This document shows positions 14,284 through 29,256 of a stretch of DNA of 64,000 bases, in pieces. The position numbers and the translations under genes are program-made. How positions within the stretch are numbered: position 1 is the stretch's first letter; each line of letters starts with the position of its first letter. Under the pieces are notes generated by a model that saw only the letters and a list, made by a program, of their open reading frames with translations, made no database searches and was not told the origin of the DNA. The stretch comes from the human T2T-CHM13v2.0 reference genome, Homo sapiens. The stretch lies in the NCBI RefSeq assembly GCF_009914755.1, contig NC_060928.1. One strand, 5' to 3'.

Positions 14284-16099
14284 CCTATACTATTATTTAT
14301 TTTCCCTTAAGTACCATTTTTTAAAAAGGAGATATTTTTTCTCTCTTAAAATCAAATAGATACTATTACCTGCTGTAAATGGTCTGAGGCTGAGACATAA
14401 CTTTTGTATATGTTTGGTGAAAAGATCTGGTGAAGGTTGGAAGACTGGTAAAACAAACCCACACTTTTGTCCTTAATGTAAAGTGAAAGGATCAAAAGAA
14501 AATGGAGGAAGGGGAAGCAACGTGCTTACCATTTTATTAAAGATTGTTTAATTCTGTGTCTATGAACTGCTTACCTTACATATAGTACCAGTGGTATGAT
14601 GTGCAATATTTTAGCAAGTAACTGCTTTAGAATATGATTAAGTACTTGGTTCACTGTCATTGTGACCGTGAGCCTACAATGTTTGTATGTTGTCAGGTAT
14701 ATTCAGCATGTTGTGTATTGATTTACAGAATTAGCGTTATAGAAAAATTATGGAAGAATAAAACAGAACAACATGCTAATCTGATATGTATATATTGTCC
14801 TAAGAAAATTCTGTTTATTGGCCAAGACTTTTATTTTAGTAATGCAGAGTAGAAAGCACTTAATTTTTCTGCTTAGACAATGTTCTAAATAGATTGGATT
14901 TTTTCCCTTTTTAAAATTTATTTTCAAAAAGTCACTCTCTTAGTAGTCATGGCTCTAGAACCAAATATACAATTTTAATAGTACTTAACATTATTTTTTG
15001 TTATGAAATCATAGGCTTAGGCCACTATAGATGTCAGTTTTTTGAGTAGCAGCATCAGTAACCACGAGTCATACTTAACTTTAAATGGGAATGTGGTCAC
15101 AAAAGGTACGTTGAAACGCTGCTGATTCCCTGCCCCATTTCAAAAGATGATTGGTGACAAGATACCCAGATGGTTGGGACAACTTTAAGCAAGGTGATTG
15201 AAGAAGGTACCAACAGGACAACTTGAACTTGGGTACCTGTGGCTTCTTAGAAATGAATAGCAGTTACCAGATGTTGTTTTAGTAACTGTTGCTGCATAAG
15301 AAATTCTGCTACAATTTAGCAGCTTAAAACAAACACAGTTTCTGGATCAGGTAGGAATCCCGTTGCCACTTAACTGGGTGTTTCTGACCCAGCATCTTTC
15401 ACAAGCCTGCAGCTAAGCTGTTGTCTGGGACTGCATTCATCTCAGAGCTTGCTAGGGAGAATTTCTGCTTCCAAGCTTCCTCACATGGCTGTTGGCAGAC
15501 CTCAGAAAAGATACTGTAGGAGTGGATAACAATGCTAGAGTAAAAGTTCAAGCATATTCTTTATCTTCAACATTTGAAAAGCTCTGATTTAGGACTGTAT
15601 GACAGGAACTAGGATGGTTTGAAGACTAGCACATTCCCGACAATGAACAATTTACAAGCAGCAAGTGGCTCTTTGATATGATGTGATTTTTGTTTTATGA
15701 TTTCACAGTATAGCAACATTTTGGCAAATAATTCTAGATAGCAAATGAAAATGACTCCTAATGGAAGATTAACAAAGGAAACTAAGCATGATGGGTAAGA
15801 ATCTCAGAAACAACTACCTTTGAGAATTAATCTTATTGATTCTCTTTAAAACTCATGTTTACATATTGTTTTAAGAATTTTTTCATATTTACATGCAAGT
15901 ACTGTTTTAAATAATTCTCACATCTCTCTACTTTTCTTCATTCCAGCTGATACCACTGTAAGTTCAGGTTCCCACTGAGTCCATTCAGAATTATTGCAAC
16001 TTGACTTCTAACTAGATTCTTCCCTCCAGCCTTATTTAAAAGGAAGAAATTCCCCTCAGAGCCATTCTCCAACTTTTTATGAAGTGTTCTTTGTTTTTT

Positions 16100-17730
<1,631 letters not shown>

Positions 17731-18700
17731 AAGATTTCATTTTATTTCTCCAGTTTTCTAGTTGTGTAAAATGGGAGGATAAATCTGGTTTGCTTACTTC
17801 TTTGTGGATAAAAGCCATGTATACTTCCTGCTTTATACAAAGCCTTCTCCTATGGCTAAGATTTTTCTTTTACCATTCCCGTAGTCCCTATCTTTTTTTT
17901 TTTTTAATCCTGAATAACTTCTCTGTATGTTCAGGTCTCAGCTTAAAATTTACTTCTCTGGAAAACCTTCCCAAATCCTAAAACATATGGTAGGTGCTTT
18001 TTAAATATGCTTTTATAGCTCTGTATGCTTCTCCATGTTTTTATTGCCCTTAGATTTTAAGGTTTTTCAGGAGAGGGACAGTGAATTTTTTTTGTTCATG
18101 GCTGTATCCTTTGGGGCTATCAGAAACTAAAGTCTGGCAAAGACTTGGTATCCAGAGGTCTCCTGAATGAGTAAGTGTTTAGAATATCAGTAATAGGAGG
18201 CATGTGTTACCTATACACTTTCTGAGCATAGATGAAATTTTTGTTTGTTATAATTCTTTTCAAATTCATTGAAAGTAACCATTCTGTTTTGTTCTTATTG
18301 AAATTTAAAAGATGACAGTAGTGCATTTTGATCTTGGTGGCAGTACTCAGTCTTCCAGAAGGTTTGCATTACTCTTGTGCTCAAGTATTCTGCATATTAC
18401 AGAACCCATCTGAATGTTCACAATTCAGAAAAGCTTTCAGTTGTGTTTTCAAAACTGGTTTGTTCTATAGGCTTCCTTTAGACATTGAGGTGCTTAAAGG
18501 AAGTTTCTGATAAAATTCTAGTGATTCAAAAGAGAAGCATAGTATTTAATGTTTCTGTTAACAAAATTATTCTCAAATTTGTAAAAGAATGACCTTTTAA
18601 TTAGAGTTCTTTAGGCAGTTTTTCTTTTCGTTGTTATTGTCAGAGTTTTAAAACTTGCTTTGGAAATTTTCTAACACATATATTTACCTTTCCTTCAAAG

Positions 18701-18738
18701 ATTGAAGAATGAAAAGGCCTTGCGTCTCAACCTTGTTG
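18701..18738 (+). CDS. TMA16: TMA16 exon 3 (LKNEKALRLNLV)
   Basis: Acceptor ccttcaaag, donor GTAAGT at 18739, 38 nt. Phases match both neighbouring exons. Confidence 0.93.
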
Positions 18739-19952
18739 GTAAGTGGGTTTACTTATTTGAAACTCTGGCTAGAGTATAGGGCATTTCTGCCCTATACTTG
18801 TTTTTCTTTTTACTCTTTTAGTGAAATACTGTTTTTATCAAAGTGAATTTGATCAGACTTGATCTAAACAAAGCAAATCAATCATTAAACTTTTGGAATA
18901 AACAGTGTTAATGATTTCTAGCTCAGTTTTCCAGAAACTGTTAGTTTATATTTATCTACCTACCTACCTGTCTACACATAACATTCATATCCATCTGTCC
19001 ATCTATCTGATGTTTAACTCTACCTCCCTAACCATTAGAATTATGAAGGATTATGGCCTAGGTAGAAACCACAATTCATATTTATTTAATGATGTGGACA
19101 TACACATCTTCAGTTTGTATCTCAGTGTCATGTCACTGTTTTTTTGGTCAGATTTATTGCTAATAATTTTTTACTCACAAATCTGAGATTTAAATACTGA
19201 CTGTTAGGCTCTTTTATTAAAATTAAAGGTATTTGAACTCCCATCAATGCTTCATCAGGTAATAGAATAGTATTTTTAAATGGGATCTCATTGTACAGGG
19301 CCGGGTGATTTTTTTTGATCTGTAATCTTGAGAAATCTAACTGAAAGTGACCCTGACGGTCAGGTTTACTCACAAGGGTGAATTTTGTTGGCTCTTTGGT
19401 AATATATATCAATTACTCTACACAGTACCTGGCAGCTCTTATATGCTTAATGTATTTGCTAACTTTGGGGCCCTGGACAGGTCATTTAACATCTCTCATC
19501 TACAAATGGGGGTAATAATAGTACTAATTCTCATGGGATTATAAAGCTATTTACATAGTGCCTACAGCTTATTAAATACTCAGCAAATATCATTCTCATC
19601 ATTAATGGAGTTTTCATTTTATTATTTTTGACAAGCTGTCCTTTGCTTTTAAATACTTAGAAGTTCAAGCTCGACTAAATAATCATTTTCCTTTTTTGCA
19701 TCCATATTGGATAAGAAATATATACAGAAGCGCATCCCTCCCACTCCTCTTTCTTCTCTAAATTAAAATCTGACAGTTTAATTTGTGACAGACTGGTTTA
19801 ATTAGCTTTGAGCCCACACAAGGCTTTATGTTTAACATTGACATAAATTTTGGTTCTGTTTTAAACACGTTAATGTTGAAAATGATAATGAATATTTACT
19901 TGCTTAAATGATGACTTGTGGGGTAAACTGTCTTGGTACTTGTTGTTTATAG

Positions 19953-20037
19953 GTGAAAAACTGCAATGGTTTCAAAATCATCTTGATCCCCCAAAAAAGA
20001 GATATTCAAAGAAAGATGCTTGTGAACTAATTGAAAG
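19953..20037 (+). CDS. TMA16: TMA16 exon 4 ([29 protein letters not shown])
   Basis: Acceptor tttatag, donor GTAAAC at 20038, 85 nt, open frame with consistent phases. Confidence 0.94.
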
Positions 20038-21191
20038 GTAAACACTGGGCATATTATGAGCAAAGGGTCAGAAAAGGGAATTGTCCAGCCTGGTTCTTTA
20101 AGACACAGAGCTCTGTTACGGATTTGCAGAAGAGCAAATGGGCTTTGTTATCAGGAAGACTATTTCCTGGCTTAGTCACTATAGGAGGTTTGTAACCTAT
20201 TTGGGTCTCAGAGTGGTAGTTAGGCCACTTTCTTGGGATCAGGATGGGCTTCCTGGAGAAGTGTCATCTAAACTGGCAGCTGAAAGGTGGGGGTTAGCAG
20301 ATCGAGGCAAGGTAGTTTGAAAAACCCCTAGCAAGAAAGAAGAATATTTAAAAATGCCCAGAAGTGAGAATGAAGATAACGTATTTAGTGATCTGCCAGA
20401 CATTTAATATGACTAAAATAAGTTCAAGGAGGGAACTGTGGCAGGTACAATAAGTGATAGCTAGCTCATGAAAGACCTCAGATGTCAGTCTAAAAGTTGG
20501 GACCTTATCCAAGGACATTAGGAACCACAGGAGGCTTTTACAGCAAGCAACTGAAATGATCATACTTAACATTAGAAGGGACACATTGAGAATGAAGAAA
20601 ACAGACTGAGAGGTTCATGACTCTGGTCAGGAAACCGTTGAAAGGTTGCTGTAACAATCCAGGCCAGAAATGATGGTGGCCTCAGCTTGGCTCATAGCCT
20701 GATAAAGAAGTGAAAGATTCCAAAGAAATTAAGAAGGTAGAAGTCTCAGTGTTCAGTGAAAACTTAGGTGTGGAATAAAAGGGATAGAGAGCAGTCAAGG
20801 AAGCCATCAGATTCCTCGTCTGGACAACTATTTCCTGAGATAGGGAACCCAGGAGATGGAGGGGGTTTGGCGGGGGGTAGGTGGGGACAGGGTGATGACA
20901 AGTTCAGTTTTGATGTGCTAACGGTGAAGCCACTAGGGGACATCCAGATTGAGATGGTGGTTGAATGTGAGGGTCTGCAGTTTGATAGAAGGCTGCGATT
21001 TGGTCACTGAAGTTAAAGAAATGGTCGAGTTATCCAGGGAATGGGTAAAAGAGGTTTGAGGACCTGAGGAACTCAGAGAAACATAAACATTTAAAGGCCA
21101 CATGAAGGCTGGATACTAAGTTTTCCATTAAGTAATGTAAGCCCAATACATATACTTTGTATGTAACACAAATCATTTTCGTATTTTTCAG

Positions 21192-21340
21192 GTACTTAAA
21201 TCGATTCAGCAGTGAGCTGGAGCAGATTGAGTTACATAACAGTATCAGGGACAGGCAGGGGAGGCGGCACTGTTCCCGGGAGACCGTCATCAAGCAGACG
21301 ATGGAGCGGGAGCGACAGCAGTTTGAGGGATATGGCCTTG
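21192..21340 (+). CDS. TMA16: TMA16 exon 5 ([49 protein letters not shown])
   Basis: Lies within ORF 21157..21381. Acceptor ttttcag, donor GTGTGC at 21341, 149 nt. Confidence 0.95.
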
Positions 21341-22870
21341 GTGTGCTCACTGATTTTTTATTTTCCTTTTATATGACATAGCAGTATCAATTTGTGATTG
21401 ATTTCAAAGGTTTTATTTTAGATCTTGTTTATTTCATTTGATTTTCTTCCTTTGATGTCTTTTTCTTTGTGAGGGTTTAGAAAAATTTTGGATTCTTTTT
21501 TTTTCCCCTACATTCCCAACAAAACTATCAAGTTTGTGACAGTGATGTGACATCATGTCTTTTTTACCGTGATAGTAATACTGATTACTTTCACATTGAT
21601 CTTGTCAACCCTAACTTGTCTCCAGAACTCCAAATTTGCAGTATCACATATGGATTTCTCAAACTCTCTACTTGCATGTCTTTTGGGCATCTCAGACTTG
21701 ACATGTCATGAAACAAAGGCCAGCTTTTCTCCTAAAACTTGCTCCTCCTGCAGGTTTCTTATTCCAGTCAGTGGCATTACCACCTGCCCAGTTGCTCAGA
21801 TCAGAAACTCTACAGTCACTTTCATAGTCCACATCCAACCCGTCAGCAAAGCGTTTAGAATCTGATGACTTTGACTACTACTACTACCATCTCCCACTTC
21901 CCTGGTTCAGGCCACTATCGTCTCACCTGTACTATGGTAATAGCCTCCCAGTTGCTCTCTGTACCTCCACTATTTCCCGCTAAAGTCTGTTCAACATGTA
22001 GCAGCCAGATGAGTTGGCAGTATTTATCAGAGCACATCCAAAGTAAACCATTTGTTGGTGATACAGCTAGGACTAAAACTCAGATCTGCTGTGCTGCAGT
22101 GCTTTTCCCAGAATCAGGGGATGGGTCTGATGAACAGACTCTGATGAGTTTGCAGGTGTCCGTTTCCCTTTGGGGAAATTGTCACCAAATTCTGTTTTGA
22201 TAAGATTTTGAGAAGACTAGATAGAACCATCCCCTCTCCCCTCCTTATGTGGTGTAACTATTTCTGATTCATTAAGATTCCTTTACAAATTGTTTTTGTG
22301 CTTATTTATACTTTTTAACACCTAGCCCCTCATACTGTTATTCTCTGAAACTATTGAAAAAGTCAATAGACAGTTGTAGCAAACATGCTTATTTTATCTT
22401 CTTTATTACTTGATACTAAATTTCATTTAACATTGTATTGAATTGGCCAGATATTGGCAGCAGCCTTCCAGTTTTTGTTGTTCATGCCTCTTGTATTTCA
22501 CCAATTTAAGTGTATCATGCATATTGGTTTATGATGGAACTTTTGAAATATGGTAAAGAACTACCATATACCTGGTTTTTATTAAAAATGGATTTAAGTT
22601 TTATTGAACTTCTTTAAGCAAAATTTTTTTTTTAATTTAAAAAAGTCTTTTTTTCACATTTGGAAAAATGTGATTTTTTTAAACATTAATTCTTGCATTC
22701 CTGAGATAAATTCTACCTTGTGAAGGCAGATTATACGTTTGAAAACATTGTACTTTTCACGAAGAAAAAATATACAACCTGGCATGTTATTTTAGTGAAT
22801 TGACAGTTATACTTTGCCAGGTACCTTTTATTGTTAAAAAAGGACAGGGTTTATTTTGTTAATAGCTTTG

Positions 22871-23080
22871 GTTTTGTTTTGTTTTTTTTCTCCTGCCTCA
22901 GCCTCCCGAGTAGCTGGGACTACAGGCGCCCGTCACCACGCCCGGCTAATTTTTGTATTTTCAGTAGAGATGGGGTTTCACCTTGTTAGCCAGGATGGTC
23001 TTGATCTCCTGACCTCCTGATCCACCTGCCTCAGCCTTCCAAAGTGCTGGGATTACAGGCATGAGCCACCGCGCCTGGCC
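22871..23080 (-). mobile_element. Alu (Y/Sc-like) lacking the 3' ~85 nt of the right monomer
   Basis: The tail abuts ctcctgcctcagcc directly. TSD taatagctttg at 22860-22870 and 23081-23091. Confidence 0.88.
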
Positions 23081-23312
23081 TAATAGCTTTGTTTTATTTC
23101 ATGGATTCTATGCTAGAATTTATCATTTAATAGGATTTTTCTTAAGTCATCTTAAACTAACCCCTTTTGCAAATTTTTCATGTTAATTACAGCAATACTT
23201 CGAAATTTTGTTTTCTGTTGGATATTCTTGCTAAAAATTATTATTTGTTATACATAAAATTATGTGATTTAGAAAACATTGCCTCATGGAGATAAATTAC
23301 TTTCTTTTCCAG

Positions 23313-23355
23313 AGATTCCAGACATTCTAAATGCAAGTAATCTGAAAACATTTAG
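23313..23355 (+). CDS. TMA16: TMA16 exon 6 (EIPDILNASNLKTFR)
   Basis: Acceptor cttttccag, donor GTGAGT at 23356, 43 nt, phases consistent. Confidence 0.94.
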
Positions 23356-23846
23356 GTGAGTCTGTCTTGTATTGTTCCCCTGAAGCTGTGTGTAAAGTAC
23401 CTGACAGGTGAACTTTCTTCCCCTTTGAGTCTAGCCGGTAGAACTAAAAGAAAATCGGGTTTCTTTTAACCTTTTCTTTTTTATCTGACCAAGTAAGAAT
23501 TTTCTGAAGTTGGGCGTACAGTTGATCTGCACCAACAGGATGGTAACCTGGTGTGCTTTTTGTTTTTCAAAATGGTTTAAGATACATTGTTATAGTACCT
23601 CAAAGTATGTGATCTCACTATTCCTCCCCAGTTTTATTTTTTTAAAAAAGAAGTAACAGCAACAGACGTGATGGCTCAGAGTCATATCCCCAGGCTGTTC
23701 TGTAGCAGCCTCTTTTGCAGAGAAGATGGTTATAGGAATGACTCCAGGGAACAGGTTAAGTCATCAAGACCCGCTTTGTCCAGTGGTTTCTAGTTGTACT
23801 CTTTTGTAAACTGGGAAACTACCGAGTAGGATTTCGATTTTTTAGG

Positions 23847-24402
23847 TTTTTTTTTTTCTTTTTTCAACTTTGATTTTAAATTCAGAGGTACATGAGTAGG
23901 TTTATTACAAAGGTGTACTGTGTAATGTTGAGGATTGGAGTAAGAATGAATCTACCCAGGTAGTGAGCATAGCACCCAGTACGTGGTGTTTTTAGCTCTT
24001 ACCCCTTTCCTTCCCCCAACTTGTATTACCCAGTGTCTATTGTTCCCTTGTTTATGACCTTGTGTACCCAATGTTTAGCTCCTACTTATAAGTGAGAACA
24101 TGTAGTATTTGGTTTTGTGTTTCTGTGTTAGTTCACTTAGGATAATCTGTAAAAATCCTAGAAGAAAACCTAGTAAATACCCTTCTTGATAGCAGCCTTG
24201 ACAAAAAATTTATGGCTAAGTCCTCAAGCAATTGCAGTAAAAACGAAGATTGACAAATGGGACCTAATTTCTGCACAGCAGGATAAACTGTCAAGGGAAT
24301 AAATAGACAACCTATAGAATGGGAGAAAATATTCTCAAATTGTTTGTATTCAACAAAGGCCTAATATCTGGAATCTATAAGAAACAAATGAATCAACAAG
24401 CA
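23847..24402. mobile_element. L1PB-like LINE with a 5' inversion (twin priming)
   Basis: 23847-24146 is an antisense L1 3' end with poly-T. 24147-24402 is a sense ORF2 fragment (aaaatcctagaagaaaaccta...gacaaatgggacctaat). Confidence 0.75.
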
Positions 24403-25207
24403 GTTTTTTAGTTTTTAAACATAGATTTTTATTAATCATTTTGGTCTTAACTAGACCATGTTGAGGGGTCTTATATTTAATGTTAATTGAAATTAGGTAA
24501 ATTTAAATCCAATCATTGTCTATACTTTTGAATTCATTGAAACTAAATTAGCTTTAATAGAATTCATCTATCATGTTTAAGGTGCAGTTCACTTTTGAGC
24601 TTATGTATAGCATGTATTTATAATTTAAGTATGTGGAGTTAAGATTCTTTTTATACCTTAATTTTATTTTGCCTGTAATCTTAAATATATAAATATGCTC
24701 TTTATTTCTAAAACAATATATCTTCTACCTCCTCCAAAGCCAGAAACAAGAAAAGAGATGAGTATAGCCTTCTGGTTAAGAGTTCAGTTCCCAAAATAAT
24801 ATTCACATTACTTCTAAAGTAATTAATACAATACTGAGGTTGAAAAACTGAAAATTTTCCATTATAAGAATAACAGTTGATTACTGAAACTTAACTGGGA
24901 TGTACTTCTGTGTGTGAAAAGGAAAACCTCTTCTGACTGTATTTTGGAGATTTGTCAGGTATGATACAGTTCCTACTTTTGATTGCAATTCTTGATCTGG
25001 GTAGCATGAGAGAAGGAGATACTCAGGTTAGAGAGGATGAAAGAATAGAACAGCTTTCTAGTAATTTGTGCCTAATATTTTCCTTTAATGCTTTTGAAGT
25101 TTTGAATATGTAGGATCCTCAGAGTTTCGAAAATTTACTATCTCCTGTTTTTCCACATTAACTCTTACCAACACTCTGCACTCTTTTTTTTTTTTCCTTT
25201 TGTCTAG

Positions 25208-25388
25208 GGAATGGGACTTTGATCTGAAGAAATTACCAAACATTAAAATGAGAAAAATTTGCGCTAATGATGCAATTCCCAAGACGTGCAAGAGGAAAAC
25301 TACTATAACTGTAGACCAAGATTTGGGGGAATTGGAACTAAACGATGAATCAAGTGATTCAGATGAGGAAATGACTGCAGTGGCCTAA
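25208..25388 (+). CDS. TMA16: TMA16 last coding exon ([16 protein letters not shown]...[13 protein letters not shown]), translation machinery-associated protein 16, a pre-60S factor
   Basis: Long pyrimidine tract followed by ctag acceptor. ORF 25200..25388, stop TAA. Total spliced CDS is 3+113+38+85+149+43+181 = 612 nt, or 203 aa. Confidence 0.96.
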
Positions 25389-26410
25389 TTGTCTTCACTT
25401 GAATTGAAAATAAATAATTTGAGAGCTTCAAATTATATTCATTGATTATGGTACCTAATTGTCAAGATACAAAAATTTGATACTGACATTCTCTTATATG
25501 ATGAGAGTTTCATTTGCGTTTCAAAAATGGTGTTATGATACTTATTTTAAAATGAAGATTGCTTTTCATTTCCATTAAGTTGCTAAAATAGATAGATGTG
25601 ATCTGCAGAAGTTGTTTAGTCTTCATCTGAATTTCAGGCTGGGAGGGAGCAATATAACTAAGGACAAAAAATGTTTTGTTTTTCTTGTGTATTTATGATC
25701 ACCTAATTTCACGTTTTGTGAAATGGACAGTAACCTGTTTCCTGAAAGATTCCTGTGGGTACTTTTTGAGCTGTGATAATAGCAAAATTGTTTTTCGGTA
25801 ATAATATCACACTAATGCTTCTTTTAAACATTAAACCTATTTTCCTTTTTTACAGAATAAGGGAAAATGTGATAAGAAGTTTGTATACATTTCTGGATTA
25901 TAGATTATTATTTATCTTTTGAACCAGAGCTAAATGGTAAAAGAAAAAAAATCAGTGATGATTGTTATGTTGATCTCCCACAATTAATTTATCTTTTGAC
26001 AAAGGGGATAAAGAGTTTCAGTTTAGCTCCTTTTGATTGTATATTATTTTTTGCTTTTTTATTGTGAAAAGAGGTAGGTTTTATTTGTGGAGAGAGAGTT
26101 GAAGATTAGGGAACCAGTGATTTTAATTATGCTACTTTTTCTTCTAAGAGATAAATTGATATATCATTCAGTGTCATGAAAAACATGAATGTTGTACAAT
26201 TTTCTTCCTCAAAAAACTTTTTAAATGTAAGTATCCTTATTTTTTTTTTAAAAGAGCACAATGTAGGTGTATTTGAGTATTTTCAAGAAAAGAATAAAAA
26301 CATTAATGCAGTATTAGGTTAACTGGATATCAACTAAGCCTTGTTAACAGTTAAAGTATTATAACTTTTTTTACTTCTGAAAATTAAAAATAAAATTTAT
26401 TTCTGCAATT
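25389..26410 (+). other. TMA16: TMA16 3' UTR
   Basis: AU-rich sequence after the stop codon. It ends after tandem ATTAAA/AATAAA (26383-26394) with a downstream T-rich tract. The exact end is inferred. Confidence 0.65.
26383..26394 (+). terminator. Likely TMA16 polyadenylation signal (ATTAAA + AATAAA)
   Basis: Two adjacent hexamers, a CA about 13 nt downstream, then a U-rich downstream element at about 26429-26443. Confidence 0.6.
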
Positions 26411-27030
26411 TCATTTCTTACAGTCCTAATTTTTTTTTTTTTTAGTGATGTAACATGTTGATTAGTTAGTAATCTGTGTAAAAGTGTGGTTTTAGGATTC
26501 CATGAGTAGTTAATGTCTGAAAGTTTCCTTCTCTCTCCCTTTTGGCTCGTAGTCTTAAAATGGTTGTAAAAACTGAGTCATAAATTGCATTAAAGAGAAT
26601 AAGAACTGCTTTATCTGGACTGACACTTAAAAGCCCCTACTGTTAGATGAATAACTTGTGAAAAGTGACAGATTGTCCTCCTTCTTAAACATTTGTTTCT
26701 AGTTTCCCATGTGTTGTCAAAGCAAAGATTACAACTAACAAGCTACACTGCCGGGAAACTAGGTAAGTATTTGCTGAATGAATGCATATAACATTTAGGA
26801 CCATAATAATCATGTCACTCCTAGTTGGATCAAAGCAGCCTCAGAGATAACTTGTCTTTAGAGTGATGCTTAAGATGTTCTTACTCCTTGCCTGTTGAAC
26901 ATGTTCTTTCTGGGGTGATAACTTGTGCTCCCTTCATCTAGACCACTTTTAAGTCAGTGGCATATTTTTGTAAGACAACGTCTATAGTTCATGGCCATGG
27001 AACAAAGTAAAGGTAACTTATTTTTGTAAA

Positions 27031-27560
<530 letters not shown>

Positions 27561-29163
27561 CCAATGAGCTGAACTTCCATGGACATAATGATACATTTCT
27601 AAGTTCAGAGCAGCTGACTCACATCTGTGGTCTTTTCCTCTAATATCCTAGTTGCTTCCTTGCCGTAATTACTGACAGAGGTGTCCCTTCAGGACCTTGC
27701 TTACCTCAAATAGAAGCTTTTTTCTATTCTTACTTTCTGTGTGCTTCAGGGGCAGGAGATTGGGTAGGTGTCCTTTTTGCTTTACTGCCACTTCAGACTT
27801 TCTCCCTTAGGTCTTTGAAGTTCTATTCTTGCCTTCTTTCCTTACTATCTTACCTCCCAGAAGAACCTTCTGCCCATTCATAGAATACTTTAGCTCGTGG
27901 CCTAGTTTTCTTCTCCCCTGCAGCAATCATTTTAGTGATTCCTTGTGGATAACAAATAGTGGCTAGCAAATATAACAACAGTATGAGTTTTAAGTTTTCC
28001 AGTCTTTTTCTCTGTCCCATCAGAGGCCTCTCAGTGGTCACACCTGGATCCTTATCAGCACCTCCACTCTGTAGACCTGATTTTGAGTATTCCACTCTCC
28101 ATTCACTGTCACCACTCCTCTTCATTGCTGAAGTTCTGCACTTTGACCTCACTCTCATTACGCATCATCTGTCTTGTTGAGCTTAGCTTCAAGTTCATAG
28201 TTGCTTCCTTGCATATACCCTGAATTCCTTGTCTCTGACTCTAGTTATTTCTCTTTCAGAACCCAAACCAAGTAACAGCTATGTTTCCTTCATGCCTGTT
28301 CTCACGCAGCTCAACATCGCTGGAGAATATCAAACAGACCATTTTCATACTGATGTTTGCAAATCTCAAGTGGATTCTCAGTACTGCTTAGTGATCTTAT
28401 TATGTTCCCCTACTAAGTTCATTTTCTAACTTTGAGATAATTATTTTACTACTTTTTTATATTTTTTTCTAGCTTGACTTGAATACTAGCCTTCTCAATG
28501 TTCAGCCCTTGGCTTTTTATACATCTTTGAGAAAATACAAATTACCACTTTCTTTTGATTTAATGGATATATCTTTTTTTTTCCTTTCAAAGGAAAATAC
28601 TACTTATGTTCTGTTTCCCACTCCTTATTTTCTCAGAAACCTGATTTTTCTAAGTTTTTCACGCAATTTCTCAAGCCAGGAATCTGCCTGTAAAATCATC
28701 CTTGATTTTTCACTTTCTCTCTTCTATGCCTTCCCACAATATAATTTAATTAGCGAGTATTTCTGATTCCACTTCCAAAATGAAAATCAAATTGGCCCGT
28801 GTCAGGCAGTCTCACTTTTCATCCTTACCAAAGTCGCCATGTCTTGCCTGTCCTATGTGCAGTAGCTTCTTAACTGGCCTTCTTGCCACTGTTCTTGCTC
28901 CTGTTGCCAGCACCCTGATGGCCTTGTGTGTGTCCACTTGATCCACAGCTGGGCAGGGTTTTGCTGCGGATGACCTGACTGAGCCTTGGAAGACTGTCCT
29001 ATAATCTTCCCAGAGCATGGGGATATGGAGGATATCATTTGCCTCCTGATCTTCTGGGAAGGAGATAGTGAGACAATTTGTCATCACCTGGGTTCTGATG
29101 AACTCTGAGACTCTACCTCGAGTCACTGTAGCATAGAGCTGCAGCCTATAAAACTAATGACTC

Positions 29164-29256
29164 AAGATTGGTGCAAAAGTATTTGCAGTTTTTGTCATTT
29201 TTTTTTTAAAAGTACTTTTAATGGCAAAAACCGCAATTACTTTTGCACCAATCTAA
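29164..29256. mobile_element. MADE1 (Hsmar1-derived MITE), a palindrome
   Basis: 35-bp arms at 29165-29199 and 29220-29254 (3 mismatches) matching ttggtgcaaaagtaattgcggtttttgccatt. Confidence 0.9.
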
